The notes beneath the pieces were generated by a model, which saw only the letters and a program-made list of their open reading frames with translations, did no database searches and had not been told where the DNA came from. A DNA stretch of 64,000 nt from positions 14,756,001 to 14,820,000 of the forward strand of contig CDPCPM010000022.1 of the NCBI GenBank assembly GCA_976551045.1, in the 5' to 3' direction. Of this stretch, positions 51,501 to 64,000 are shown piece after piece. This DNA comes from Glaucostegus cemiculus (lineage: Eukaryota). The stretch's first letter is position 1; each line of letters starts with the position of its first letter. The translations under genes and the position numbers were made by a program.

Positions 51501-52791
51501 AAGTATCTTTCGAACGAGTTACTTTTCACAGAGTATCAAACATGGATACAATTACAAGTTTCATGGATACAACCTTATCCCAGTTTGAGTGTGAGAATTT
51601 AGAACTATTGTTGATCTGTTTCAATGTTGACATTAATAACTTGCCCCATTCCCAGTAGAGGAATTAGTCTATTTGGTAGAGTACGTGAAGTTGTTTGAAA
51701 ACGAAAGAATAAATACTAATAAAAAATACAATGTTAAATTACAGGAAATCTGGGGAGAAAACATGAAAATAAAACATGGGGTTGATCTCACAGATACGTA
51801 TTTCTAGCGAGGGATGGTGGGTGCGGTGTGGAGATGGGTTTACCCATAGGCTGCTTTGATCGGTTAGAAACCCACTATCATTTCCTGACATCCACAGCCA
51901 GCAAAAATAAACTCATTGCACAGCACACAGTCCTACATACAGCCCCACACAGTTACAGAAAGAAAAACGGGAAGAAACAAACACTTAATAAGCAGCAAAG
52001 ATCTTCAAAAGAAAGATGCTTGAAGCTACCGTTTTTATTTGACCTGCATTGATGGGAAATCCTTCTGGAAAAAGGTATGAGAATGGTTAAGCATTTCAGT
52101 GACTATTGCAGTTAATGTAAACTTGCAAAAAAAATTCAAAATGCTAATTTTAATACAAATTATTGAAGTAGCACTTGGCATCCATACTTCTCACTAATCA
52201 TAAAACAACTTTGAGAAAAGAGAGAATTTGCTACAGAACAGACAAGGTTTTGAGATAGTACAATCCTACATGAAAAATGATCAATGAAAGACAGTTTTAT
52301 GACTTGTGAAAAAAAGAGGAATTATTGACAATTTTGCAACATTTTAAGGACTCGTGTAAAACCTGCTCATTTAGTGAAATGGATAAATAATTATGAAGGA
52401 TAGACTAATATGGTGGCTTAGCCACTGAACAAAGGCTGTTTTGTGAGCAAGATGCAACCCAACAAAATGCAATACAGGAGAGAAAAGCATCAAAGACAAT
52501 ACAGGGACAGGCAAATGAATTGTGAAGTAATGGGATGCAAACAATTCAGGCAATGGAGAGGAAACAATTCCAATGAAAGATCTGGAAGGCCGTCCATCAA
52601 ACCTAAAGAAAATGGAAAAAAATAATGTTGATGACCTGAAGTACAATTTAGGCCCAAAATTTTCCGGCATGTGGTATAAGTTGTGATTATGAGATTCTTT
52701 GAAACCATTATTGAAATCACTGAATGAAGTAAATCATGTGCATGTTATGGAAGAATAGTTCCTTTAGGAATTTTATGCCGATATAATGGGT

Positions 52792-53542
52792 TCTGAATCA
52801 GAATCAGGTTTATTAACACTGATAATATGTTGCAAAATTTGTTGTTTTGTGGCACCAGTACAGCACAAGACATAAAAATTACAATGTTACAAAAATAAAT
52901 AAATAGTGCAAAAGAGGAATAACGAGGTTGTGCTCATGGGTTCATGGACTGTGCAGAAATCTGATGGTGGAGGGGAAGAAGCTGTTCCTAAAATGTTGGG
53001 TGTGGGTCTTCAAGCTCCTGTACCTCCTCCCTGATGGTAGTAATGCAAAGAGGGCATGTCAAGGATGGTGAGGGTCCTTAATGATGGATGCCACCTTCTT
53101 AAGACACCACCTCTTGAAGATGTCCTTAATGGTGGGGAGGGTTGTGCCCATGATGAAACTGAGTCTACAATACTCTGCAGCCTCCTTCAGTCCATTTGAC
53201 CCTCCATATCAGGTGGTAATGCAACCAGTCAGAATGCTCTCCACTGTACAGCTGGAGAAATTTGCAAGGGTCCTTGGAGGCATACCAAATCTCCTCAAGA
53301 AGTAGAGCCTTCTTAGTGATTGCATCAATGTGTTGGGCCCAAGATATGAATTCTGAAATGCTGACACCCAGGAACTTGAAGCTGCTCACCCTTTTCATTG
53401 CTGACCCCACTATGAGAACTGGTGTGTGTTCTCCCAACTTCCCCTTCCAGAAGTCCACAATTAATTCCTTGGTCTTGCTAATGTTGAGTGCAAGGTTGTT
53501 ATTGTGACACCATTCAACCAGCAATCTACCTCACCCCTGTAC
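52792..53542 (-). mobile_element. Rex1/Babar-like LINE 3' fragment
   Basis: WCHNNNLALNISKTKELIVDF...FKFLGV; minus-strand AATAAA plus (GATTCT)n tail at ~52794-52814. Confidence 0.8.
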
Positions 53543-54219
53543 GTAAATTCAAGCTCACAAGAAGACTCTGAACTACACTGAATAGTCACAAAATGGCACA
53601 AATGAATGCCATATCCCAGAAAGATTGCACAAAAATATGGAATTGGCCTAAATTTCAAAATGTTAGTACAAAACTCAGACTAAACAACCATGAAGTTAAT
53701 TGTACAGATACTGAAACAGTGATAAACAGTAATCATCCAAAACAAAAAATACTGTTGGCTTTATTGGAAAATTAAAAGTATTAGCTTGCTAGAGTGGATG
53801 ACTTGAAAATCATTAAGAAAAAAATATAAAGCATTGAAATGGGTGAACCCATTGGATCAAAAGGCAATGGATATTCAGTAATGCAGGGCAGTTTGGCGGA
53901 CAAGAACTAGTGATATCTCCCTCATGGGTCAACTCACCTCTGACTTTAGTGTCTGCTCATCAAAGGTGAGGTGTAGGTCAGATAATGACGCATCCAAACC
54001 TCCACTCTGGTGCTCGATTCATCACTGGATCCAGCGATGAAACACAAATTTATTCAGGTGAGGAACCAGATGCATTAACCAGCTTAACACCAGCTATGTC
54101 ATTTGTACAGGACCAAACAAAAACACAAGAAAATAGGAGCAAAAGTAGAAGTCTAGAAGGCCTCTCAAATCTGTCCTGCCATTCAATAATGATCGTGGCT
54201 TGACCCCAGGCCTCACTTT

Positions 54220-55030
54220 TGTAATGTGAGGGTTAAAAACAGATCTTTTCACTTAAAATAGAGTTGTCTACTCACAGTCCTCCAAATGACAGGCATGTTG
54301 GGAACATAAGTAAAACATAAGGTCTTGATTCATGGCATCCATGAAGTCTTGAAACGTGAGATGTAAGGCATAAAGGAATGTGATATGATAAGATAAACTT
54401 GTTTTTTGGAGATGAGTGAGATTGGTTTGGTTGACAATGTAAAGACTTGCCTATCATTAAGAAAAATACCTAGTTTTAGAGTTATAACTGATTAAGAAAG
54501 AAGTAGAGTTATAACTGACTAGGAGAGTGGTGGATGCCTGGAATGCATTGCCTGATAGGCTGGTGGAGGCAAACTCATTGGGGCCTTTCAAGAAGGGCTT
54601 AGATGAGTACATGAATGAGAGGAATATAGAGGCATATGGGCATTCTGTAGGCAGGAGGGAATAGCTATATTGGCAAAACATTGTGAGCCAAAGGTCCTGT
54701 TCTTTGCTCTACGGTTCTAATTTCTAAGTATGGGCTCTTTGATTATACAAGTGTGAGTAGCGAGCATGCTCATCGGACTTCTCCTTGGACCAGAATCGCA
54801 ATTGGTGCCAAGGACCTCCAGGCCAGCTGTTGTAAAACCAGAGTCCTTGACATTTGGAAGGGCATGCGACTTGATATTTTATTAATTTTTATACTGTATC
54901 TTAAACTTATTGTTTTGTTAATCATTCATATCACTTATTACACTTTAATAAAATACCATGTTGCACCCTTGAAGTGTTCTTTCTCCCTCATTGATCCAGA
55001 TCATCAAAGACCTGCTCATTTTCCATTACA
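54220..55030 (+). mobile_element. Solo LTR with 5-bp TSD
   Basis: Ends TGTAATG / CATTACA (7-bp inverted); ACTTT duplicated at 54215-54219 and 55031-55035; AATAAA at 54947-54952. Confidence 0.8.
54522..54727 (+). mobile_element. CR1 3' end nested in the solo LTR
   Basis: GAGAGTGGTGGATGCCTGGAATGC... closely resembles 11432-11520 joined to 12583-12700. Confidence 0.85.
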
Positions 55031-57699
55031 ACTTTTTCCTGTGTCAGATCCCCATAGCCCTCATCTACTGATCTTTGCAAAAAATTATCTACCTCCACTT
55101 TGAATACTTCTATTGAGGTAGCCTCCCCAACTCTCCGCAGGAAGCAATTTCTACCTATCTCTGGGTTAAATGACAGACCCTTTATCTCAAAACTGTTCCT
55201 CCTTTGAGATTCTCACACTGGTGGAAATACCTTGACTTCTACCCTATCATTGCCTTCTTAGGATCTTATAACATTTCAAAAAGGTGACCATCCATTCATC
55301 TAAACTCACTGAATTCAATTAAAATTAATTGTAAGAGAGTACTTTTATATATATTTATAAGATTATTTTCAAGGTATTTTAAGTAAATTTATTATTTCTT
55401 TAAACATAAATTAAATTAACTATTGAAATAAATTTGAACTGTTTTTAAATATCTTAATTTGAAAATAGTTAATAATAGCAAGCTATTTTTAGACCATAAA
55501 GGCATTTTGGGGATGATTGGGTGACTAGACCTCATGACCCATTGCCAGGCATTGGGGTCAATTGCTACAGTAAAGCCATGAGTGTGGGCACAGGAAAAGC
55601 ATGGAGAGGTCAATGGAGAGATGCGGAAGAGCAGTATGAACATGGTCATTGGGTCTGATTGAGCATGATTCAGCCAATTAATGAACATTGACAAACGAAA
55701 CAACATATTATATATTTGCTTGGATCTTAACAGGAAAAAAATCCATTTTCTAATTAACTATGGCAAACTTTAACACTGCAAAGTATTTCAGCAGGTTAAA
55801 GATGCCTTAAGGTTTTAAGCAAATGAAGTTGAATAAACAAGTTTTATGACTTATGTTAAATATTCCTTACAGAAGAAAGAGATTCTTACTACATCTGTTT
55901 AGAAGTGCATCAAAAAAGTCATCAGATTTGCTTCTGAACATAATGTGAACACTGAATATTGACATAGTGACTAATGACAGAACACATCAGGGTTATCCAC
56001 AGGTAAGAAACAAGGCTGGATATTGAAAGGAAATTGAACTTGCTGGAAAAGTTTAGTTAAATTTAAAGCAAAATCATTTATTTGAGTCACTGAGCTGATT
56101 TATATTGGCAACATCAGAGCTACTGAACATATGTTAAATTGAATGTATAAAGCTTTAGCATTAATTTTGTACAATATCCTCTTGTCTTACACTGTTAAAA
56201 TCTAAATACATTATATTCATTTCTTACCCTTATCTACTCTCTTTGCACAAACTCAAAGCATACTGCAGTTACTCACCACAGTAACTTCAACATAATCCCC
56301 CAAACTCACAATGAACAAGGAAGGTGAGGGTGGCAAATGCATGGAAACATCACACCTGAACATGCCCCTTCAAGATGGGCCCCATCTTGTCTTATAAATA
56401 TCTTACTATTTCTTCTTTGTTATTGGGTCTAAACCAGAAGGGCTGCAATGATTCAAAGAGGGTTGCTAACACCTGCTCATGATGGGCAATGATGTCAATC
56501 TACATCTCACAAATAAATTAAATAAACTCTTAAGAGATTTACCAAGACAAGTTCTCTGTGTTGATTCCATACTACAATATTATAATTTTCTAAATGCTCT
56601 GCTACCAGTTTTGATACAGATTTATAGCATTTTCCCCATTACTAATTTCAAGCTAACTAGTCCACAGTCCCCTATTTCCTCTCTCTCTTCTTAAGGAGTA
56701 TGTTTATTTTTCCTAGATTTCACAAGGATCCAATGGAGTAGAAGCAAGAGAATTCCAGAAGACCAATACCATTTATCCTGTTTCTTCTTAGACAGTACCT
56801 CAAGTTTGAGGATGGCTTGATGTCATTCCAGAGGCTTTCTTTCCCAGAGGATTCCTTACTACAAGATTATTAATTAGCCACCCCATTGCATAAAACTAGA
56901 TGTAAAATAGCCTATTATCCAAAATGGTTCCTTGACATATTTATTTGGAAAAGTGTTTGGAAGGTCTTTTATGATCACATCTTCACAAATTTGTGTGTCC
57001 AGTGCACACAAAGACAAAATTCCCACGATCACAACATGCCCCCCTGACATATGCATGACTCAGGCCTTAAACATTGAAGCAGGTCTCCAGGAGGGCTGAG
57101 GGCTGGTTTGGTGTTGGGTAATGGTCTCATCGCACCTGGGCCACTGCCATGCATTCCCTTTCTTTCCAGTAGGTGTCTTTTTTTAAATTTCCATCATTAC
57201 TGACTGCTCCATTGCACATCCTCAGCCAAACCCCATCATCTGCTTGAGATCCACTTGACTCCTACACAAACCTCTTCATTATCTGCCCACCTCCCCCTCC
57301 TTCCATTCACACAGCTATTTGACTTATCATTAACTTCCATTATCTGCATAAGCCTCCTTTGACCTTCAGTTCCACTCTAACACCACCTCCCATAATCAAT
57401 CTGACCATCCTCATCACTTCATTGCCCAAACACCTTCCCATTCTGCCAACCAACCCCTGTCCAACACTCCCTGTCCACTCCCATTTCCTCCATGATGTTG
57501 GCCGATTCTGTGGTAGAAAAATCAGAGATCTTGTGGTGAACTATCCAAAAGTTGTTGCTAGCCGTGGTTTGGGCATTTCTGCCTCAGTCCTTGTTAAACT
57601 CTCCTTTTGACCCACCTAGCTTATTTTTTACCCAAATCACTCTTCAGCCTGCTTTTAAATTTACCCTTTCTGAAATCTTTGCTCTCCTTCTTCATTAGT

Positions 57700-58130
57700 T
57701 TAAAGTTCTGTAACCATATTTGTTTGAATCACCAAGTTATGGGTTCCAGACAGCTTTAAATGGAGTTACTCCCAATGCAACAGCTCTCACTTTCCCCAGA
57801 ACGGGTGCATGAATTGAAATTCCAGCTTCCTATACTGCATTTTCAGCCACAATCAAACTTTCTATTCTGTTTGTCCTGTGACAACTAACTTGTAGCTCAA
57901 GTAACATGTCTCAGATTATTATCCATGCATTTGAATTTGGATGATGACCTCAAATTTCCTTGACAGGCCCTCATTTCTAGTCCTACCAACGTCATTAGTT
58001 CCTACATGAATCATGATAACATGATACTCCTTTCCACTTCAGCCATAAGGCAGAGCTACCCTGGCACTAGACAATTAGCATAACCTTCAAAACTCATGTC
58101 AGAGCTGCAGAGAACAGTACCTATTTTCAG
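57700..58130 (-). mobile_element. CR1 ORF1 (SGNH esterase-like) remnant
   Basis: Minus strand reads IHVGTND near 57991-58011, downstream of a degenerate CLPGARV-like segment. Confidence 0.55.
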
Positions 58131-58931
58131 GAATATACTGTTGCCTCTCATGCCCATATCCTTTTTCAATGTAACAGTCCAAATTTTTATAAGCCTTAAA
58201 TATCAATCAATATTTCAGATGACGAAGCAGTGGCAGGATTAGGTTGTACAGTTGCAGAAGTGCAATGAACATTGGCAATCAGGTTAGTTTTACATCAGAT
58301 TTGTCAACTGATGCAGAGACATGCAGATTTAGGAGCTGCTACTTTTGATTGCTTTGTTTGTACCATAATACCATGAGTTTTGAAACACATCATAGTCCCT
58401 AACTAGTCTGTTTGTGAAATCTTTACAAATACAAAGAATGATGGTCAGGCTGCAGAGCTGCATCCTGAAGATGTTAACTGCCTCCAGAATACACGAAGAG
58501 CACTGAAGGACTTAAGAACTGGGATGTAGGATGAACAAAATAACAAAAAGCTTGATTGGGATTTTGAAGTTGAATATCAAAACTGAGAAAGGAAAAATAA
58601 ACTGCTTTTATACTGTGGTTTGAAGGTTGCAAGGATACCAGCTCTCAAAGCAGCACGTCTCACAAAACTTCTAGCAAATCCTAAAACAAACTGGCTATAT
58701 CTGCGTAGAAAGACTCAAACAGAAATGGCAGTTCTGCAGTCTGGGGTTGTGTCAGCTATATGAGATTTGCACATCAAGAATGTGCGGTCCAGGAGCCACT
58801 AAAGCAACAGGTAAGAGCACTAAAGAACTCACAAAAATGGACTTTCCAATGAAATAACATGGGAAGGACTGAAGAAAATGAAAGGATTGAAAAGTCTTTT
58901 TTTGAAAAAAAAACTTTATCAAAAAACTTTT

Positions 58932-60997
58932 AGAGAACATAGAACAGTACAGATCAAGAACAAGCCCTTTGGCCCTCAATGTTGTGCCAGATTATTTAAA
59001 CTAGTAATTAAATTCCAAACTAAACTAATCCCTTCTGACAACACAATGTCCATATTCCTCCATTCTCCGCACATTCACAAGCCTATCCAAGAGCCCCTTG
59101 AATGCCCCTATTGTATCTGCTTCTACCACCAGCCCAGGCAGCACATTCCAGGTACCCACCACTCTCTGTTCAAAAAACTTGCCCCACATCTCTTTTGAAC
59201 ATCTCCTCTCATCTTAAATGCATGCCCTCTAGTACTAGACATTTTGACCCTGGGAAAAAGATACCAGCTGTCTATTCTCTCTATGCCCCTCATAATCTTA
59301 TAATCTCATAAACTCTATCCCTCATAACCCCTCAGTCTCCACCAGACCAGAGAAAAGAAACCATGTTTGACAAGCCTCTTCTTACAGCACATGCCCTCTA
59401 ATCCAGACAGCATCTTGGTAAACCTTCTGCACCTTCTCCAAAGCCTACACATCCTTCCTATAACGGGACAATGAGAATTGAATGCAATAATCAATAATCC
59501 TGGTGTGGCATAATCAGAGCTTCATAAAATTGCAGCATAGCTTCCTGACTCTTGAACTCAGTGCCCCAACTAATAAAGGCAAGCATGCCTTATGCCTTCT
59601 TTATCAGCCTATCAACCTGTGCAGCCACTTTCAGGGAGCTATGGACATGGACCTCAAGAACCCTCTGTCATCAACACTGTTAAGAGTCTTGCCATTAACA
59701 GAGTACTGTCCCATTACATTTCATCTCCCAAAGTGCAACACCTTATTTGCCCAGATTGAATTCTATCTGCCATTTCTCTGCCCCTATCTGCAACTGATTG
59801 ATATCCCACTATGTCCTTAGGCAATCTTCAACATTATCCACAACACCACCAATCTTTGTATCATCTGTGAAGTTACTAACCTACCTGTCCACATTTTCAT
59901 CCAAGTTTTTTTACATATATCACAAACAGCAGAAGTCCCAGTTTGGTTCCCTAAGGAGCACCATTCATCACAGACCTCCAGCCAGAATAAGAACCATCGA
60001 CCACTACCTTCTATCTTCTATGAGCAAGCCAATTCTAAGTCCAAACGGCTAATTCACCATGAATCCCATGCATCTTAATCTTGCAGGTGAGCCTCCCAAG
60101 AGGGACCTTGTCAAACACCTTATTAAAATCCATGTAGACAACATCCACAGCTTTACCTTCATCAATCACCTTCATCACCTTCTTGAAAACTCAAGCAAGT
60201 TAGTAAGACACGACTTGCCCCGTACAAAGCCATATTGACTGTCCCTAATTAGGCCATGGTTTTCCAAATGCTCATAAATCCTATCCCTAACAATCTTCTG
60301 CAGTAGCTTCTCTACCGCTATGTGAGACTCACCAGTCTATAGTTTCTGGGATTATCCCCATTTACCTTCTTGAATAATGGAACAACATTAGCTATTCACC
60401 AGGACTTTGCCTGAGACTAGAGAGGACACAAAGATCTTGGTCAAGGCCCCAGAAATCTCATCTCTTGACTCTCTCAATAAGCTGGGGTGTATATCCCATC
60501 TGGCCCTGGGGACTTGTCCACCTTAATGTTCTTTAAGAGACCTAACACTATCTCCTTCTTTATCTCAAAATGCCCTAGCATATGAGCACACTCCATGCTG
60601 ATCTCCCAATTCTCCACGTCATTCTCCATGGTAAATACTGATGCAAAATACTTACTTAGGATGCCACATCCTCTGCCTCCAAGCAGGTGTTCCCTCCTTT
60701 ATTCTTGACTGGTCCCACCATCTCCCTTGGTTATCCTCTTGCTCTTGATGTATGTAGACAATGCCTTAGGATTCTCTTTAAGTCTACTTGCCAAGGACTT
60801 TTCACGGCCCCTCCTAGCTCTTGTAATTCCCTTCTTCAGTTCTTTTCTAGCTTCTTTATAATTCTCAAAGACTCCATTTGACTTTAGCCTAAAACTTACA
60901 AACACCTCTGATTTCTGCTTGAATAAATTCACCACCTCTTTCAACATCCAAGGTTCCCATACTCTGCTATCCTTCTTCCTTTGCACTGGAACATACC
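58932..60997 (-). mobile_element. CR1 LINE ORF2 fragment with 3' end at ~58932
   Basis: AGAACATAGAAC tail; minus-strand MDFNK.FDKV region near 60105-60140; ENPKALSTYIKSKR; interrupted at 60997 by an L1. Confidence 0.88.
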
Positions 60998-63900
60998 TTT
61001 CTTTCTTTTTCAATCTTTTTTATTGATAACAAATCATTACAGGTTAAGATATATGACAACAATGTTTACACATATATTATAGAAATATCAAGTAAATCGT
61101 AGGTAATCATAAAAAAAAGCAATAAAGTATGATATATATAAAAGAAATAGTTCCAACAATCTCTCGGTTCATAAGTGTAATGTAAAAGATAGAAAAGAAA
61201 AAGTTTTGTTATATAATTAGAAAAAAACAAAAAAAAAACCCAAATCAGTTTTTAAAAATCATAATAATATAGAGTAAATTAAACCAAAAATGAATTTAAA
61301 AAAAAGAAAAAAATCAAAACAAGGAAAAAAAAACTGGGCTAAAATTTTCAATAGAAATAGAACAATATAATGTTGTCAGCTCCGTTTCTCTAAATTTAAA
61401 AAAAAGTTATAGAAGGGGAAACTACATCATATGAAAGTATTGAATAAATGGACTCCAAATATCTTCAAATTTAAGCGAAGAATCAACAGTACCACTCCTA
61501 ATTTTTTCCAAATTAAGACATGATATAGTTTGAGAGAACCATTGAAAAGTGGTAGGGGGTATTGGATCCTTCCCTTTAAGCTGAATGGCTCGTTTGGCCA
61601 TCAATGTAACAAAAGCAATCATACGATTAGCAGAAGCAGGTAAATGACCAGACTTTATCCATGGTAATCCAAAAATTGCAGTAATAGGGTGAGGTTGTAA
61701 GTCGATCTTCAATACATCTGAAATAATATTAAAAATGTCTTTCCAATATTTTTCCAAATAAGGAAAAGACCAGAACATATGCGACAAAGAAGCCACGTTC
61801 GATTTACATCTGTCATATATAGGGTTTATACAATCATAAAAACGAGCTAGCTTATCTTTGGACATATAGGCCCTGTGCACAACTTTAAACTGTATCAATG
61901 AGTGTCTGGCACACATTGAGGATGTATTAACTAAATGAAGAATTTTCATCCAAGTCTCTATAGATATAGAAATCTGGAGTTCACTTTCCCAATCATTTTT
62001 AATTTTGTCCAGTGAATCTGACCGTATTTTCATAATTAAATCATAAATTATTGCTGTCAAGCCCTTCTGATGAGGATTAAAACCTAAAATTTTATCAATG
62101 AATTCGTCTTTATAAAGAAATGGAAAGAAAGGTATAGTAGCTTTTAAAAAATTTATAATCTGCAAATGTCAAAAAAAATGTGATCTAGGTAAATTATATT
62201 TATTAGATAGCTGTTCAAAAGATGCAAAACAGTTACCAATGAATAGATCACGAAAGCATACTATTCCCTTCCTTTTCCATAAGGAAAAAGCTGTATCTAG
62301 TCTAGATGGTTGAAAAAAAAAATTAGATTGTATAGGACTTGACAAAACAAATTTAGTCAATCCAAAGAATTTACGAAATTGAAACCATATTCGTAATGTA
62401 TGTTTAATGATTGGGTTAGTCATAAATTTACTTAATTTGGTAACTGGAGTGAAGCTCCTAAAATAGAGAATAACGAAAATTCAAGTGTTGATTGATACTC
62501 AAGGTGTACCCATTTAGGGCACTGAATAACATTTAAGTCTTGTGTCCAAAAAATTAAATATTTGATGTTGATTGCCCAATAATATAATCTAAAATTAGGC
62601 AAGGCCATACCACCATCCTTTTTCAATTTTTGTAAATATTTCTTTCTTAGTCTTGGATTCTTGTTCTGCCAAATATATGAAGAATTTTAGAATTAACCTT
62701 GTCATAAAAAGACTTTGGGATAAAAATTGGAATCGCTTGAAATAAATATAAAAATTTTGGTAAGATATTCATCTGAATTGCATTAATTCAGCCTATCAAT
62801 GATAAAGACATTGGAGACCATTTAGTAAGCAATTGTTTAACTTGGTCAAATAAAGGTAAAAAATTAGCTTTAAATAAATCCATATGTTTATTAGTAATTT
62901 TAACACCTAAATACATAAAATAATCAGTTACCAATCTAAAGGGTAACTGGCTATAAATTGAGGTTTTCATATTCAGTGGAAAAAAGTTCACTCTTATTAA
63001 GATTTAGTCTATAACCAGAAAAACCACTGAATTGATCTAATAATAATAGTACTGCAGGGATCGATTCGTCTGGATTAGAAATATAAAGTAATAAGTCATC
63101 TGCGTAAAGAGATACCTTATGAGTCTTCTGTCCACGAATAATACCGCGTATATTTAAAGAGTCTCGGATTGCAATAGCCAAAGGTTCTAAAGCAATATCA
63201 AATAATAAGGGACTTAACGGACAACCTTGCCTAGTACCACGAAAGAGCCTTAAAAAAGGAGATCTTTGATTATTAGTAAATACTGAAGCCATTGGTGTAT
63301 AATAAATCATTTTAATCGCAGATATAAATTTAGGGCTGAAATTAAATTTTGAAGTGTAGTGAATAAATAATCCCATCCAACTCTGTCAAATGCTTTTTCA
63401 GCATCCAGGGAAACAACACATTCTGGAATTTGAGATGAAGGAGTATATATAATATTCATTAATCTCCTAATATTAAAATGTAAATAACGATTCTGGATAA
63501 ATCCTGTCTGATCTTCAGAAATGATTTGTGGGAGAACTTTTTCCAGCCTAAGGGCCAATAGTTTGGAAAATATTTTAAAATCTACACTTAATAAAGAGAT
63601 AGGCCTGTACGATGCACAATCAGTGGGATCTTTATCCTTTTTAAGAATTAAAGAGAAAGTTGCTTCATAAAAAGATTGTGGTAACTTGCCCACTGATAAA
63701 GCATCTTTAAAAATTTTGACTAACCAGGGAACAAGAATATCAGAAAAAGCTTTAAAAAATTCAACTGTATATCCATCGGGACCTGGTGCTTTACCCGATT
63801 TCATTGAAAATATCACATTCCTTATTTCTTCTTCTAACATGGGAGCATCTAATATAGAACATTCATTTAAAGAAACTTGAGGAATCTTCAAACCTCTTAA

Positions 63901-64000
63901 AAATTCATACATTAGTGTGGGATCATCAGACGATTCTGATTGATATAGAGAAGAATAAAATTCCTGAATAGATTTATTAATTTGAACAGGATCTATCGTA
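60998..64000 (-). mobile_element. L1-clade LINE ORF2 (frameshifted) with T-rich 3' UTR and A-rich tail; runs off the window
   Basis: GKAPGPDGY, SYRPISLL, DAEKAFDRV, RGTRQGCPLSPLLF, VSLYADD, GGMALPNF, SHMFWS; AATAAA and A-rich tail on the minus strand at ~60998-61024. Confidence 0.92.

Larger units (their letters stand above)
54120..55310 (-). mobile_element. Degenerate CR1 3' fragment split by the solo LTR (54120-54219 and 55031-55310)
   Basis: Tail AAATAGGAGCAAAAGTAG; sequence continues (TTCCTGTGTCAGATCCCCATAGCCC) after the insertion. Confidence 0.65.

Overview
AT-rich, repeat-dense vertebrate DNA. The repeat set (HE1-like V-SINEs, CR1/HER1-like LINEs, Penelope remnants) points to a shark or ray (inference). 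The only host coding sequence I can support is one 564-bp internal exon of SCHIP1 on the minus strand (44882-45445), so most of the window is probably SCHIP1/IQCJ-SCHIP1 intron. A CpG-rich promoter-like block lies at ~48.5-51.5 kb. The standout element is a GC-rich, apparently intact 4.26-kb Ty3/Gypsy LTR retrotransposon of the CsRn1 type (14973-19235). It has 234-bp LTRs, a tRNA-Trp PBS, a CHCC Gag motif, a G_GGA_AAC -1 frameshift site with stem-loop, and an uninterrupted PR-RT-RH-IN Pol with an AT-hook-like tail. Also present: nested LINEs (CR1, Rex1/Babar-like, L1, RTE, L2), fold-back Penelope remnants with hammerhead-like cores, a solo LTR with a perfect 5-bp TSD, and several short near-perfect inverted repeats. 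Family assignments come from motif recognition, not database searches. Boundaries of old repeats are approximate.
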